This document shows positions 9,891 through 18,457 of a stretch of 64,000 nt of DNA, piece by piece (within the stretch, counting starts at the first letter, position 1; each line of letters opens with the position of its first letter). Where the stretch lies: positions 193,677 through 257,676 of the forward strand of contig CAVTYV010000004.1 of assembly GCA_963739065.1 (NCBI GenBank). Reading direction: 5' to 3'. Below the pieces are notes generated by a model. It was not told where the DNA came from, did not search any database, and was given only the letters and a program-made list of their open reading frames with translations. A program made the position numbers and the translations under genes. This DNA is from an uncultured Actinomycetes bacterium. GTDB lineage: Bacteria; Actinomycetota; Thermoleophilia; Gaiellales; Gaiellaceae.

Positions 9891-10103
9891 ATGAGCGCAG
9901 CTCTACCCTCTCGGCCCGCACCCTCCCCTCGCGGGCCAAACCCTCTCCCAGTGGAAGCCCTCCAAGAAGCTCTCGGAGGGCTTCTGCGCGAGAGGGAGCT
10001 CCTGCGCTTTTCGGGCGCAAAGCGCGCTCTCGAGCGGAACCGGCGAGAGATCGTCCGGATTCAGTGGGAGCTGACACACGCGCTCGTCCGCCGCTACCCC
10101 TAG
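9891..10103 (+). CDS. small hypothetical protein (70 aa)
   Basis: ATG ORF filling an otherwise empty gap. The C-terminal half is helical and charged (LRERELLRFSGAKRALERNRREIVRIQWEL). No family recognised. Confidence 0.3.
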   Translation: MSAALPSRPAPSPRGPNPLPVEALQEALGGLLRERELLRFSGAKRALERNRREIVRIQWELTHALVRRYP

Positions 10104-10118
10104 CTAACCTCAGCGGCC

Positions 10119-11300
10119 GTGGCTGGGGTGGACCGGAAAGCGATGGCGGCCCTGTCGTCGGGCCATCTCGCGACCGACCTGGCGCAGGGGTCGCTGCCAG
10201 CCCTCCTGCCCTACCTCGTCGACAAGTTCGACCTCACGTACACGCTTGCCGCGGCGCTCGTCCTGGCGGCGACGATCTCGTCTTCGCTCATCCAGCCGGC
10301 GTTCGGCCTCTGGTCGGACACGCGCGGAGCGCTCTGGCTCCTGCCGGCCGGCGTGGCGCTCGCAGGGGTCGGCATGGCGGCGACCTCCGTGGCACCCGCG
10401 TACTGGGTCGCGCTCGTCTGCGTGCTCCTGGCCGGGATCGGAGTGGCCGCCTATCACCCCGAGGGCTCGAAGTTCGCGAGCTATGTCAGCGGCTCCAAAC
10501 GCGCGAGTGGCATGTCCTTCTTCTCGGTGGGAGGAAACGTCGGCTTCGCGCTGGGCCCGCTTCTCGCCGCGGCCTTCATCAGCATCTTCGGGCTCCACGG
10601 CGCGGTATTGCTCGCGGTGCCGGGGCTCCTCGTCGCCGCGGCGCTCATCGCGGTCCGGGATTACCTCGCCGCGTTCGCCCCGAGCCGTGCGGAGCAGGCC
10701 TCGTCGGGCGCGATCCAGGCCGCTGAGCGCCGTGGCCTCACGCTTCTCCTCGTCGTGGTCGGCCTGCGGAGCGTCGCGCACATGGGCCTCTTCACATTCA
10801 TCCCGCTCTGGGAGGAGTCGCTGGGGCACAGCGCGACCTTCGGGACGGTCGTCCTTGGCGGGTTCCTCATCGCCGGGGCTGTCGGAACCCTTTGCGGAGG
10901 CCCGCTCGCCGACCGTTTCGGCCGTCGCCCGGTGCTCCGCTGGAGCTTCGTCGTGGCGACGCCCCTGATCCTCGTCTATGTCCTCGTCGGCGGCCCGATC
11001 GGGATCGCGGCTGTGGTCCTCGCCGGGGCCGCCGTGATCGGGACGTTCGGCGTGAGCCTCGTCATGAGCCAGGAATACATGCCCTCGAGAGTCGGCATGG
11101 CCTCCGGGCTCTCAATCGGCCTCGCGATCGGCCTCGGAGGAGTCGCTGCGCTCACGCTCGGGGCGATCGCGGACGCCGTCGACCTGGAAACGGCCCTGCT
11201 TTGCACGGCAATCGGGCCGGCAGTCGCGCTCTTTGTCAGCATGTTCCTGCCTCCGGCCCCTGTCAGGCGCCGGGTCGAGCCGGCGCCCGCGACGATATGA
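10119..11300 (+). CDS. MFS transporter (Fsr/fosmidomycin-resistance-like)
   Basis: The N-terminus SSGHLATDLAQGSLPALLPYL is typical of the Fsr subgroup, and the profile is 12-TM-like. The start is GTG 10119 or ATG 10143. Confidence 0.8.
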   Translation: MAGVDRKAMAALSSGHLATDLAQGSLPALLPYLVDKFDLTYTLAAALVLAATISSSLIQPAFGLWSDTRGALWLLPAGVALAGVGMAATSVAPAYWVALVCVLLAGIGVAAYHPEGSKFASYVSGSKRASGMSFFSVGGNVGFALGPLLAAAFISIFGLHGAVLLAVPGLLVAAALIAVRDYLAAFAPSRAEQASSGAIQAAERRGLTLLLVVVGLRSVAHMGLFTFIPLWEESLGHSATFGTVVLGGFLIAGAVGTLCGGPLADRFGRRPVLRWSFVVATPLILVYVLVGGPIGIAAVVLAGAAVIGTFGVSLVMSQEYMPSRVGMASGLSIGLAIGLGGVAALTLGAIADAVDLETALLCTAIGPAVALFVSMFLPPAPVRRRVEPAPATI

Positions 11301-11611
11301 GCTACAAAAGCGCACGAGAATTCTTCGAAAGCCTCCCGGGGAGGGTGGACCCCGCGCGGGCCCGCGCCCTCGCCGGCTCCTATCGCTTCGACGTCGAGGG
11401 GGCGGGCAGCTGGCGGCTCGAGGCGGAGGGCGACCGACTTGTCGTCACTGAGAGTGACGCGCCGGCCGACTGCATCATCCGCGCCGACGAACGCACCTTC
11501 CTCCGCATCGCCGCGGGCGAGCAGAGCCCCATGGGCGCCTATATGACCGGCAAGGTCAAGGTGGAAGGCGACCTGGGGCTCGCTCTGAAGCTCCGCGACG
11601 TCTTCGGCTAG
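11297..11611 (+). CDS. SCP2 sterol-binding domain protein
   Basis: 104 aa ending in YMTGKVKVEGDLGLALKL, an SCP2-type C-terminus. The ATG overlaps the upstream stop (ATGA). Confidence 0.75.
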   Translation: MSYKSAREFFESLPGRVDPARARALAGSYRFDVEGAGSWRLEAEGDRLVVTESDAPADCIIRADERTFLRIAAGEQSPMGAYMTGKVKVEGDLGLALKLRDVFG

Positions 11612-11620
11612 CTAGCGACT

Positions 11621-11663
11621 CTGGACGGCGGACCCCGCCGGGCAAATACGCGTCCGCGTCCAG
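11621..11663. terminator. GC-rich hairpin between convergent genes (possible bidirectional terminator without a U-tract)
   Basis: CTGGAC-G-GCGGAC ... GTCCGC-GTCCAG gives about 12 bp with one bulge. It lies between the SCP2 gene (+) and the DJ-1 gene (-). No flanking T-run. Confidence 0.3.
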
Positions 11664-11701
11664 TTAGACGCTGACGCCGCTCGCCGCCCCAGAGCCCCTA
11701 G

Positions 11702-12289
11702 CTATGTGCGGCTGGCTTCGGCAGCCTGCTCGACCCGCATGGCGGTCTCGCCGTCACGGAAGGCTTCGACGATCGCCTCGCAGAAGGCCGGCAGGTCGTC
11801 CGGGTTCCGGCTGGAAATCAGACCGCCGTCGACGACGACTTCCTCGTCGACCCAGTTGCCCCCTGCGTTTCGGATGTCGGTTCGGAGGCTCTGCCAGGAC
11901 GTCATCGTGCGGCCCTTGACGACGTCCGCTTCGACGAGTGTCCACGGCCCGTGACAGATGACTCCGATCGGCTTGCCCGACTCGAAGAAGCTCTTCACGA
12001 AGCGGACGGCGTCCTCGTCCATGCGGAGGAAGTCCGGGTTCGCCACCCCTCCGGGTAGCACGAGGCCGTCGTAATCGTCGACGTCCGCCTGGGAAACGTG
12101 CTTGTCGACGCGGAACATCTCGCCCTTGTCGAGGTGCTCGAAGCCCTGGATCTTGCCGCCCTGGGTCGAGAGCAGCTCGGGCTCCCCGCCTGCGTTCTCG
12201 ACGGCCTTCCACGGCTCGGCCAGCTCCACCTGCTCGACGCCGTCGGTCGCGAGGAACGCGATCCTCTTGCCCTGCAGCTCGTTGGCCAC
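11702..12289 (-). CDS. DJ-1/PfpI family protein
   Basis: The nucleophile elbow GVICHGPW plus KRIAFLATDGVEQVEL are typical of type 1 glutamine amidotransferase-like PfpI. The GTG start at 12289 is preferred over the longer track ORF. Confidence 0.85.
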   Translation of the reverse strand: MANELQGKRIAFLATDGVEQVELAEPWKAVENAGGEPELLSTQGGKIQGFEHLDKGEMFRVDKHVSQADVDDYDGLVLPGGVANPDFLRMDEDAVRFVKSFFESGKPIGVICHGPWTLVEADVVKGRTMTSWQSLRTDIRNAGGNWVDEEVVVDGGLISSRNPDDLPAFCEAIVEAFRDGETAMRVEQAAEASRT

Positions 12290-12380
12290 CTTGCTCGACC
12301 TCCCTGTGGTTGCTCTCCAGGCGGGGGTACCCGTCGAACGTGCGAAGAAACCTTGCAACCGGGGCCGCACCCCTCTTCAA

Positions 12381-13211
12381 TTGGCGGCTGTGGAAGCGCA
12401 CGAGGAACTCCCCGCCTGGAGCCTTCCGGCAGACGCCGTCGACGGCATCGCGATTTCGGCCGACTGGCCCGAGCGAGTCGACCGCGAATGGGCGTGGGAA
12501 GGGTCGACCGGTGCCGGCGTTCGAGTGTGCATCCTCGACAGCGGCATCGAGGCCGGCCACCCGCTAGTCGGCGAGATCGAGGGCGCAGTGGCGGTGTCGA
12601 TTGGAGAGGACGGCGAGCCCGTGGTCGCGGACGACGACGAGGGCGACCTCTGCGGTCATGGAACCGCGTGCGCAGGGATCGTCCGCTCGATCGCTCCGGA
12701 CTGCGGATTGTTCAGCGTGCGCGTCCTCGGCGGCGGCTACACCGGGAGCGGCCCGGTGCTGCTCGCCGGGCTGCGCTGGGCGGTCGAGCAAGGATTCGAC
12801 GTGGTCAACATGAGCCTCTCCACGACGAAGCAGCAGTTTGCCTCGACGCTGCACGACATAGCCGACAGCGCCTACTTCAAGCGCACCGTCCTCGTCGCAT
12901 CCGCGCACAACATGCCGGTCGAGAGCTTCCCCTGGCGCTTCGCGTCGGTGATCTCCGTGGGCAGTCACGAAGGGAAGGGGGCGCTCGAGCTCTACTACAA
13001 CCCGACCCCGCCGGTCGAGTTCTTCGCGCGGGGAGTGGACGTCGAGGTCGCGTGGCTGGGCGGAGGCTCGATTCGCGCCTCGGGGAACAGCTTCGCCACG
13101 CCGCACGTCGCGGGGCTCTGCGCGCTCGTCCTCGCCAAGCATCCTGAGCTCACGCCTTTCCAGCTCAAGCACGTCCTCCATCTGACCGCCGCCAACGTGG
13201 AGACGCCATGA
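12381..13211 (+). CDS. S8 (subtilisin-like) serine peptidase, no signal peptide
   Basis: The catalytic triad contexts are all present: VCILDSGI (Asp), CGHGTACAG (His) and GNSFATPHVAG (Ser). Start is TTG 12381 or GTG 12390. There is no hydrophobic N-terminus or propeptide, so it is probably intracellular. Confidence 0.8.
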   Translation: MAAVEAHEELPAWSLPADAVDGIAISADWPERVDREWAWEGSTGAGVRVCILDSGIEAGHPLVGEIEGAVAVSIGEDGEPVVADDDEGDLCGHGTACAGIVRSIAPDCGLFSVRVLGGGYTGSGPVLLAGLRWAVEQGFDVVNMSLSTTKQQFASTLHDIADSAYFKRTVLVASAHNMPVESFPWRFASVISVGSHEGKGALELYYNPTPPVEFFARGVDVEVAWLGGGSIRASGNSFATPHVAGLCALVLAKHPELTPFQLKHVLHLTAANVETP

Positions 13212-13852
13212 GCGACGAGAGCCTGCGCGAGGCGGTGGCCGCGGGCGTCATGGGCTCGGAGGAGGCGCACCAGGCCCTCCTGCAGTCAATCGTCGAGGTC
13301 GCGCGCGCCATCTTCCACGCGCGTGCCTCCTCGATCTTCCTGCTCGACGAGGCCAAGGACGAGCTGGTCTTCGAGGCGGTCTCCGGGGAAGGCTCGGATC
13401 GCCTCGTCGGGACACGCTTCCCCGCGGACACAGGCATCGCAGGCTGGGTGCTCGTGACGAGGCAGCCGCTCGTGCTCGAGGACGTCGCTTCCGATCAGCG
13501 TTTCGCGCGCGAGGTCGCCGAGGAGACCGGCTACGTCCCCAACGGGCTCATGGCCGTGCCCCTCTTGCACGAAGAGCGGGCCCTGGGGGTACTCGAGGTG
13601 CTCGACCGGCCCAACCGCTCTCGGTTCACGCTCGCCGAGAGCGACCTGCTCGGGTTGTTCGCGAACCAGGCGGCGATCGCGCTCGACCTCCTACAGTCCG
13701 GCCGCCGCGCGCGCGCGGCGCTCACAGGCGCGTCTGGGGAGGAAGCCGTCGTCGCAAAGATCGCCTCGGCGCTTGCCGGCCTGGAAGGTGAGGAGCGGGC
13801 GGCCGGCCTGCGGCTGCTCACGGCGCTGGAGGAAGTGCTGCGAAGAGGTTGA
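13208..13852 (+). CDS. GAF domain protein
   Basis: 214 aa with a GAF-like core (ASSIFLLDEAKDELVFEAVSGEG...GIAGWV...PLVLEDV...MAVPL). The ATG overlaps the S8 stop (ATGA), which suggests translational coupling. Confidence 0.8.
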   Translation: MSDESLREAVAAGVMGSEEAHQALLQSIVEVARAIFHARASSIFLLDEAKDELVFEAVSGEGSDRLVGTRFPADTGIAGWVLVTRQPLVLEDVASDQRFAREVAEETGYVPNGLMAVPLLHEERALGVLEVLDRPNRSRFTLAESDLLGLFANQAAIALDLLQSGRRARAALTGASGEEAVVAKIASALAGLEGEERAAGLRLLTALEEVLRRG

Positions 13853-13880
13853 GCCGGGCGGCGGCCTTGCCGCCCGGCTC
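13851..13880. terminator. perfect 12-bp GC hairpin between convergent genes
   Basis: GAGCCGGGCGGC-ggcctt-GCCGCCCGGCTC begins at the GAF stop codon. There is no clear U-tract on either strand. Confidence 0.45.
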
Positions 13881-13894
13881 CAGTTGCCGTCGAG

Positions 13895-14063
13895 CTAGGC
13901 CTTGTGGCGGTGAGCCTCGACGTCGTCGGACTCTTCGCCCGTCTCTCGACGCTCCGCCCCTTCGCGGTCGGCCTCCTCGTCGCCGTAGCCCTTGGTCCTA
14001 TGGGCCTCGACTTCCGGGTCGTCCGACGCGGCGCTTGGTCCGCTCCTTTTCCTGCTCCGACAT
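13895..14063 (-). pseudogene. small acidic protein with DPEVEAHRxK / DDVEAHRHK repeats, frame inconsistent with its SD-ATG
   Basis: The strong SD AAAGGAGG lies 5 nt upstream of ATG 14063 (MSEQEKERTKRR...). That frame stops after 21 codons, while the repeat-bearing frame (...SDDPEVEAHRTKGYGDEEADREGAERRETGEESDDVEAHRHKA*) is +1 relative to it. The track's 70-aa ORF would have to start at GTG 14107, which reads through the SD. Confidence 0.35.
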
Positions 14064-14205
14064 TGCGCCTCCTTTTCAGTGCCGCCTGTAAGCGGCTGGC
14101 CGCTCACAAGACGGCGACCTAAGGCCTATATCTTCCCACTCGACCGAAAAGGCGCAAACATCCGCGCAGTGACCAGGGGAGCGCGTGAGCGTCTAGATCG
14201 AGTCC

Positions 14206-15840
14206 TTGCGGGCGGTCCGCGCCGTCTTCGCCAACCCGCGCCTGCGCAGCCTCGAGCTGGCGCTCGTGGGCTCGGTCACGGGGGAGTGGGCCTACGCGAT
14301 CGCCCTCGCCGTCTACGCGTTCGAGCAGGGGGGCGCGGGCGGCGGTGGGTCTCGTGGGCCTGATCCGCTTCCTCCCATCGGCCTTCGCCGCCCCTTTCGC
14401 TGCCGTGTTCGGGGATCGTTTCTCGCGCGTGCGCGTGATGGTCGTCTCGGACGTTCTCCGAGCGCTCACCATGGCCGGGGCGGCCGTCGCAATCTTCGGG
14501 GACGCTCCTGCCGGAGTCGTCTACGCGCTGGCCGGGGTCGTCGCTGTCGTCTCCATGGCGTTCCGCCCCGCGCAGGCTGCGCTGCTTCCTTCCCTCGCGA
14601 GAACTCCCAGCGAGTTGACGGCGGCGAATGTCGCCTCGACGACGATCGAGAGCATCGGGAGCTTCGCCGGCCCGGCCCTCGGTGGCCTGCTGCTTGCGGC
14701 GACCGACGCGGGCACGGTCTTCGCCGCGACAGCCGGGGCATTCGTCTGGTCCGCCGCTCTCGTGCTGGGCGTGGACTCCTCGCCGCCCGAGCGTCGCGAC
14801 GCCGAGACGTCCGGCATCGTCGCGGAGGCGGTCGCCGGGTTTCGCGCGATTCTCGGCGAAGCCCGCCTCCGCCTGGTCGTCGCCCTCTACGCCGCCCAGA
14901 CGTTGGTGGCCGGCGCGCTGAACGTCCTCATCGTCGTCATGGCGCTCGAGCTTCTCGACCTCGGCAGCTCCGGCCCGGGATTCCTGAACGCCGCGGTCGG
15001 GATCGGAGGCCTGTTGGGCGCCGTACTCGCTCTGGCGCTCGTCGGGCGCCAGCGGCTGGCCGGAGACTTCGGCCTCGGGCTCCTTCTGTGGGGGATCCCG
15101 ATCGCGTTGATCGGCGTGTGGCCGCATGAGGCGCCGACGCTCGTCCTCCTGGCCGTGGTGGGGATCGGGAACACGCTCGTCGACGTCGCCGCGCTGACCC
15201 TGCTCCAGCGGGCGGCTCCGGACGAGGTGCTGGCCCGGGTCTTCGGCGTGATCGAGAGCCTGCTCGTCGGCGCGATCGGCCTGGGCGCGATCCTCGCACC
15301 GGTGCTCGTGTCGGCCTTCGGTGCGGACGGCGCCCTCATCGCCACCGGAGCGTTCCTCGCCGTCGTCGCCGCTGTGTCGTGGCCGCGCCTCCGCCGGATC
15401 GACGCCGAGGTGGCCGTTCCGGAACGCGAGCTGGCTCTGCTCGCGAAGTTGCCGCTCTTCGCCCCCCTGCCTCCGGCGACCATCGAGCATCTGGCGCGGA
15501 GCCTCCAGCCCGTGCTTGTGGCCGCGGGAGAGGAGATCGTGCGCGAGGGGGAGCCGGGAGACCGGTTCTACGTTGTCGCGAGCGGAGAGGTCGAGGTGGC
15601 CGCCGACGGCAAACCGCTGCGCACGCTAGGACCCTGGTGAGTACTTCGGCGAGATTGCCCTCCTCAGGCCCGTCCCGCGCACCGCGACCGTGATCGCCCG
15701 CGCGGACGCCGAGCTCCTCACGCTCGACCGGGACGAGTTCGTCGCCGCGGTGACCGGACATCCCGAGAGTCGCGAGGCGGCCGACGCAGTCATCGGCGCG
15801 CGGCTCGGCACGCTGCGGGCAGGCATGGCGTCCCTTTAGT
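14206..15840 (+). pseudogene. MFS transporter fused to a C-terminal cyclic-nucleotide-binding (CAP_ED) domain, two frame breaks
   Basis: The N-terminus (TTG 14206, LRAVRAVFANPRLRSLELALVGSVTGEWAY) continues into the 14345 ORF only after a 1-nt shift in the G6 run at 14328-14333. The cNMP domain (PLFAPLP...GEPGDRFYVVASGEVEV...) is cut at 15631-15640. It resumes in another frame with the canonical [10 protein letters not shown]...RTATVIA motifs and runs to TAG 15838-15840. Confidence 0.8.
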
Positions 15841-15854
15841 CGTAGGCTTAGGCG

Positions 15855-17960
15855 ATGCCCCGCTGCCCCAACTGCCAGGAGGAAAATCCGGACGCGGCCC
15901 GGTTTTGCCTCGCGTGCGGAAAACCCCTCGAGGAGCGGGCGGAGGAGCCCCGGGACGAACGCAAGATCGTCACCGTCCTCTTCGTCGACCTCGTCGGCTT
16001 CACCGCGCGCGCCGAGACCCTGGATCCCGAGGATGTGCGGGAGATGCTGAACACGTACTACACCCGCCTACGTTCGGAGATCGAGCCCTTTGGCGGCGTC
16101 GTGGAGAAGTTCATCGGGGACGCGGTCATGGCGGTGTTCGGCGCTCCGACTGCGCACGGAGACGATCCCGAGCGGGCGGTCCGGGCCGCTCTCGCGGTGC
16201 GCGAGGCGGTCGCCGATCTGAACGAGGCCGATCCCGAGCTCCATCTCCAGATTCGGCTCGCGGCCAACACCGGTGAGGCGATCGTCTCGCTCGCAGCCAG
16301 GGCCGAGGCGGGCGAAGCGATGATCGCCGGTGACGTTGTCAACACCGCCTCCCGACTCCAGTCGGCGGCACCGACGAACGGCATCCTCGTCGGCGAGGAG
16401 ACCTATCGCGCCACGCGATCGTTGATCGAGTACGAGGAGGCCGACCCGGTCACCGTGAAGGGCAAACGGGAGCCGTGCAGCGTCTGGCTTGCTCAGGGAA
16501 CCAGGACGGCCCCCGGCGAACGCCTCATGAGCACCGTGCCGATGGTCGGGCGAACGAACGAGCTCTCCGTTCTTCACCGGATCTTCGAGAGCGTCACGTC
16601 AGAGCAGCGGCCGCACCTGGTCACCGTCCTCGGGGACGCGGGAATGGGGAAGACCCGTCTGACCGCCGAGTTCACGTCCCAGCTCGAGGACCGCGGCATC
16701 CGCGTCCTCCTGGGACGCTCGCATCCCTACGGCGCCAGCACGTTCTACGGGCCCTTCACACAGCACGTCAAGTCGCTGGCCGGCATCTTCGCGAGCGACG
16801 ATGTGCCCGCGGCGAGGGAAAAGCTGCGTGCGGCCATCGCGCAGCTGCTTCCTGGTGCCGGCTCCGAGGAGGTCGTCTCCCACCTGGAGCTCCTCATCGG
16901 CCTCGGCGCCGACGAGGAGGTCGCCGACCGCCAGACGCTGTTTCTCGCCGCCAGACGCTTTGTCGAAGGCCTCACGCGCGAGGGGCCTGCGGTGCTGGTG
17001 TTCGAGGACCTGCACTGGGCCGATTCGGGCACGCTCGACTTGCTGGAGATCCTCGCCTCGCGCGTCCACGGCGCGCCGTTGCTCCTGCTCGCCCTCGCGC
17101 GGCCGGTGATTCTGCTCGAGCGGCCCGGTTGGGGCGGCGGGCTGACCGCGTATACCGCTCTCACGCTCGAGGCCCTCGCCGAGGCGGATGCGGTCGAGCT
17201 GGCAGCCTCGCTCGCCGGCCCGGAAGGCCCGGCCGGCGATGCCATGCGGCTCGCCGCGGCCTCGGAAGGGAACCCGCTCTTCATCGAAGAGCTCGTCGCA
17301 TCGGTCCGCGAGCGACCGGAAAGCGTCTCAAGCCATTTGCCGACCACGATTCGCGGGCTTCTCTCGGCGCGGCTCGACACGCTCCCGCCGGCCGAGCGGC
17401 TCGTCCTTCTCGATGCGGCCGTCGTCGGCAGGGTGTTCTGGCGCGGCGCTCTCGAGCGGATCCTCGGCGACGGCACGGACCTCAGAGAGGTTCTCGACGC
17501 TCTCGAGGCGCGCGATCTGATCAGGCGTGAGCCGTTTTCGTGGATCGAGGGCGAGGAGCAGTTCGCCTTCAAGCATGTGATGATCCGGGACGCTGCGTAT
17601 GCGACCGTCTCGCGCGCCACGCGCAAGGAGCTCCACGCGGCCGTCGCCGAGTACCTCGAGGAGGCCACCGGGGACGCGGCAGCGACGGCGACCGCGCTCG
17701 CGGGCCACTGGCGCGAGGGGGGCCACCCCGACCGAGCCGTCGGCTACCTCGTGGTCGCCGGTGACCAGGCCGGCCGCGGCTGGGCGAAGGACGAGGCCGC
17801 GAGGCTCTATGGCGAGGCGCTCGAGCTCTTGCCGGAGGACGACGCCGAGCGCCGCCGGGAGCTCAGCCGCAAGCGGGCGCTCGCACTCGCGGCGTCAGCT
17901 CACGTCGAGGACGCTCTCAACCTCACCCAGGTCCGCGAGCGGGAGCCGACCGAGCGGTAG
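15855..17960 (+). CDS. zinc-ribbon / class III adenylate-guanylate cyclase / AAA(STAND) ATPase / TPR-like protein
   Basis: CPNCQ...CLACG zinc ribbon; cyclase homology motifs VTVLFVDLVGFT, KFIGDAVMAVFG and ANTGEA; P-loop GDAGMGKT; a helical-repeat C-terminus. No HTH was seen. Confidence 0.85.
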   Translation: MPRCPNCQEENPDAARFCLACGKPLEERAEEPRDERKIVTVLFVDLVGFTARAETLDPEDVREMLNTYYTRLRSEIEPFGGVVEKFIGDAVMAVFGAPTAHGDDPERAVRAALAVREAVADLNEADPELHLQIRLAANTGEAIVSLAARAEAGEAMIAGDVVNTASRLQSAAPTNGILVGEETYRATRSLIEYEEADPVTVKGKREPCSVWLAQGTRTAPGERLMSTVPMVGRTNELSVLHRIFESVTSEQRPHLVTVLGDAGMGKTRLTAEFTSQLEDRGIRVLLGRSHPYGASTFYGPFTQHVKSLAGIFASDDVPAAREKLRAAIAQLLPGAGSEEVVSHLELLIGLGADEEVADRQTLFLAARRFVEGLTREGPAVLVFEDLHWADSGTLDLLEILASRVHGAPLLLLALARPVILLERPGWGGGLTAYTALTLEALAEADAVELAASLAGPEGPAGDAMRLAAASEGNPLFIEELVASVRERPESVSSHLPTTIRGLLSARLDTLPPAERLVLLDAAVVGRVFWRGALERILGDGTDLREVLDALEARDLIRREPFSWIEGEEQFAFKHVMIRDAAYATVSRATRKELHAAVAEYLEEATGDAAATATALAGHWREGGHPDRAVGYLVVAGDQAGRGWAKDEAARLYGEALELLPEDDAERRRELSRKRALALAASAHVEDALNLTQVREREPTER

Positions 17961-17978
17961 GAGGCTCTTGACAAAACA

Positions 17979-18130
17979 TCGGCTGTTGCCGCCGGAGGCG
18001 CGCCGCTCGCCCCCAGGCTTCGTCCTCGGTCGCCCCCGTATCTAAAGTCGATACGAGGGCTCCCTGCGTCCTTGCCTGGGAACGACCGTCCCGTTCCGGC
18101 GACGAGCGACGTTCCGCCAAAAGCCTCCTA
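17979..18130 (-). repeat. copy A of a ~150 nt structured repeat element, read on the minus strand
   Basis: The reverse complement aligns with 39165-39314. My manual count gives 5 substitutions and 2 single-nt gaps. It starts at the TAG stop of the DUF4242 gene. Confidence 0.8.
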
Positions 18131-18412
18131 GACGGGCGGAAAGTCGTTCGGCGTGACGTCGCCGACGACTTCGTAGACCGCGAGGATCTGATGCATTCCC
18201 AGCGCGTCGGCGTGGCTGCGCACCGCATCCTCGCTCGGGGCGCCGTACACGCAGAACGTCTTGACCATGCCGCGCTCGTCCAGCGTCACGTGACTGTGGT
18301 GCCAGGTGATCTCCGGGAATTGGCCCTCGATCAAGGATCGCGACCGCCTGCCGATCGCTGGCATGTCTTCCTCTCCGACCTCGAACTGCCGCTCGACGAG
18401 GTACACCGGCAC
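18128..18412 (-). CDS. DUF4242-like small protein (paralogue of 6868-7119)
   Basis: 94 aa (MPVYLVERQF...ITWHHSHVTLDERGMVKTFCVYGAPSEDAV). Same family impression as 6868-7119. Confidence 0.65.
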   Translation of the reverse strand: MPVYLVERQFEVGEEDMPAIGRRSRSLIEGQFPEITWHHSHVTLDERGMVKTFCVYGAPSEDAVRSHADALGMHQILAVYEVVGDVTPNDFPPV

Positions 18413-18457
18413 GGACGATCCTCCTGTTCGCTGACCGCGAAAGCTTACGCCAAGGCT

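Noticed and set aside
14206-17960. Calling the cyclase + cNMP-membrane protein pair a Pycsar/CBASS-type antiphage system
   Set aside because: The cyclase is a large STAND-type signalling protein and the partner is a full 12-TM MFS permease. Both architectures are common in actinobacterial housekeeping signalling, and no other defence genes or mobile-element context is present. It is kept only as a low-probability alternative in the finding.
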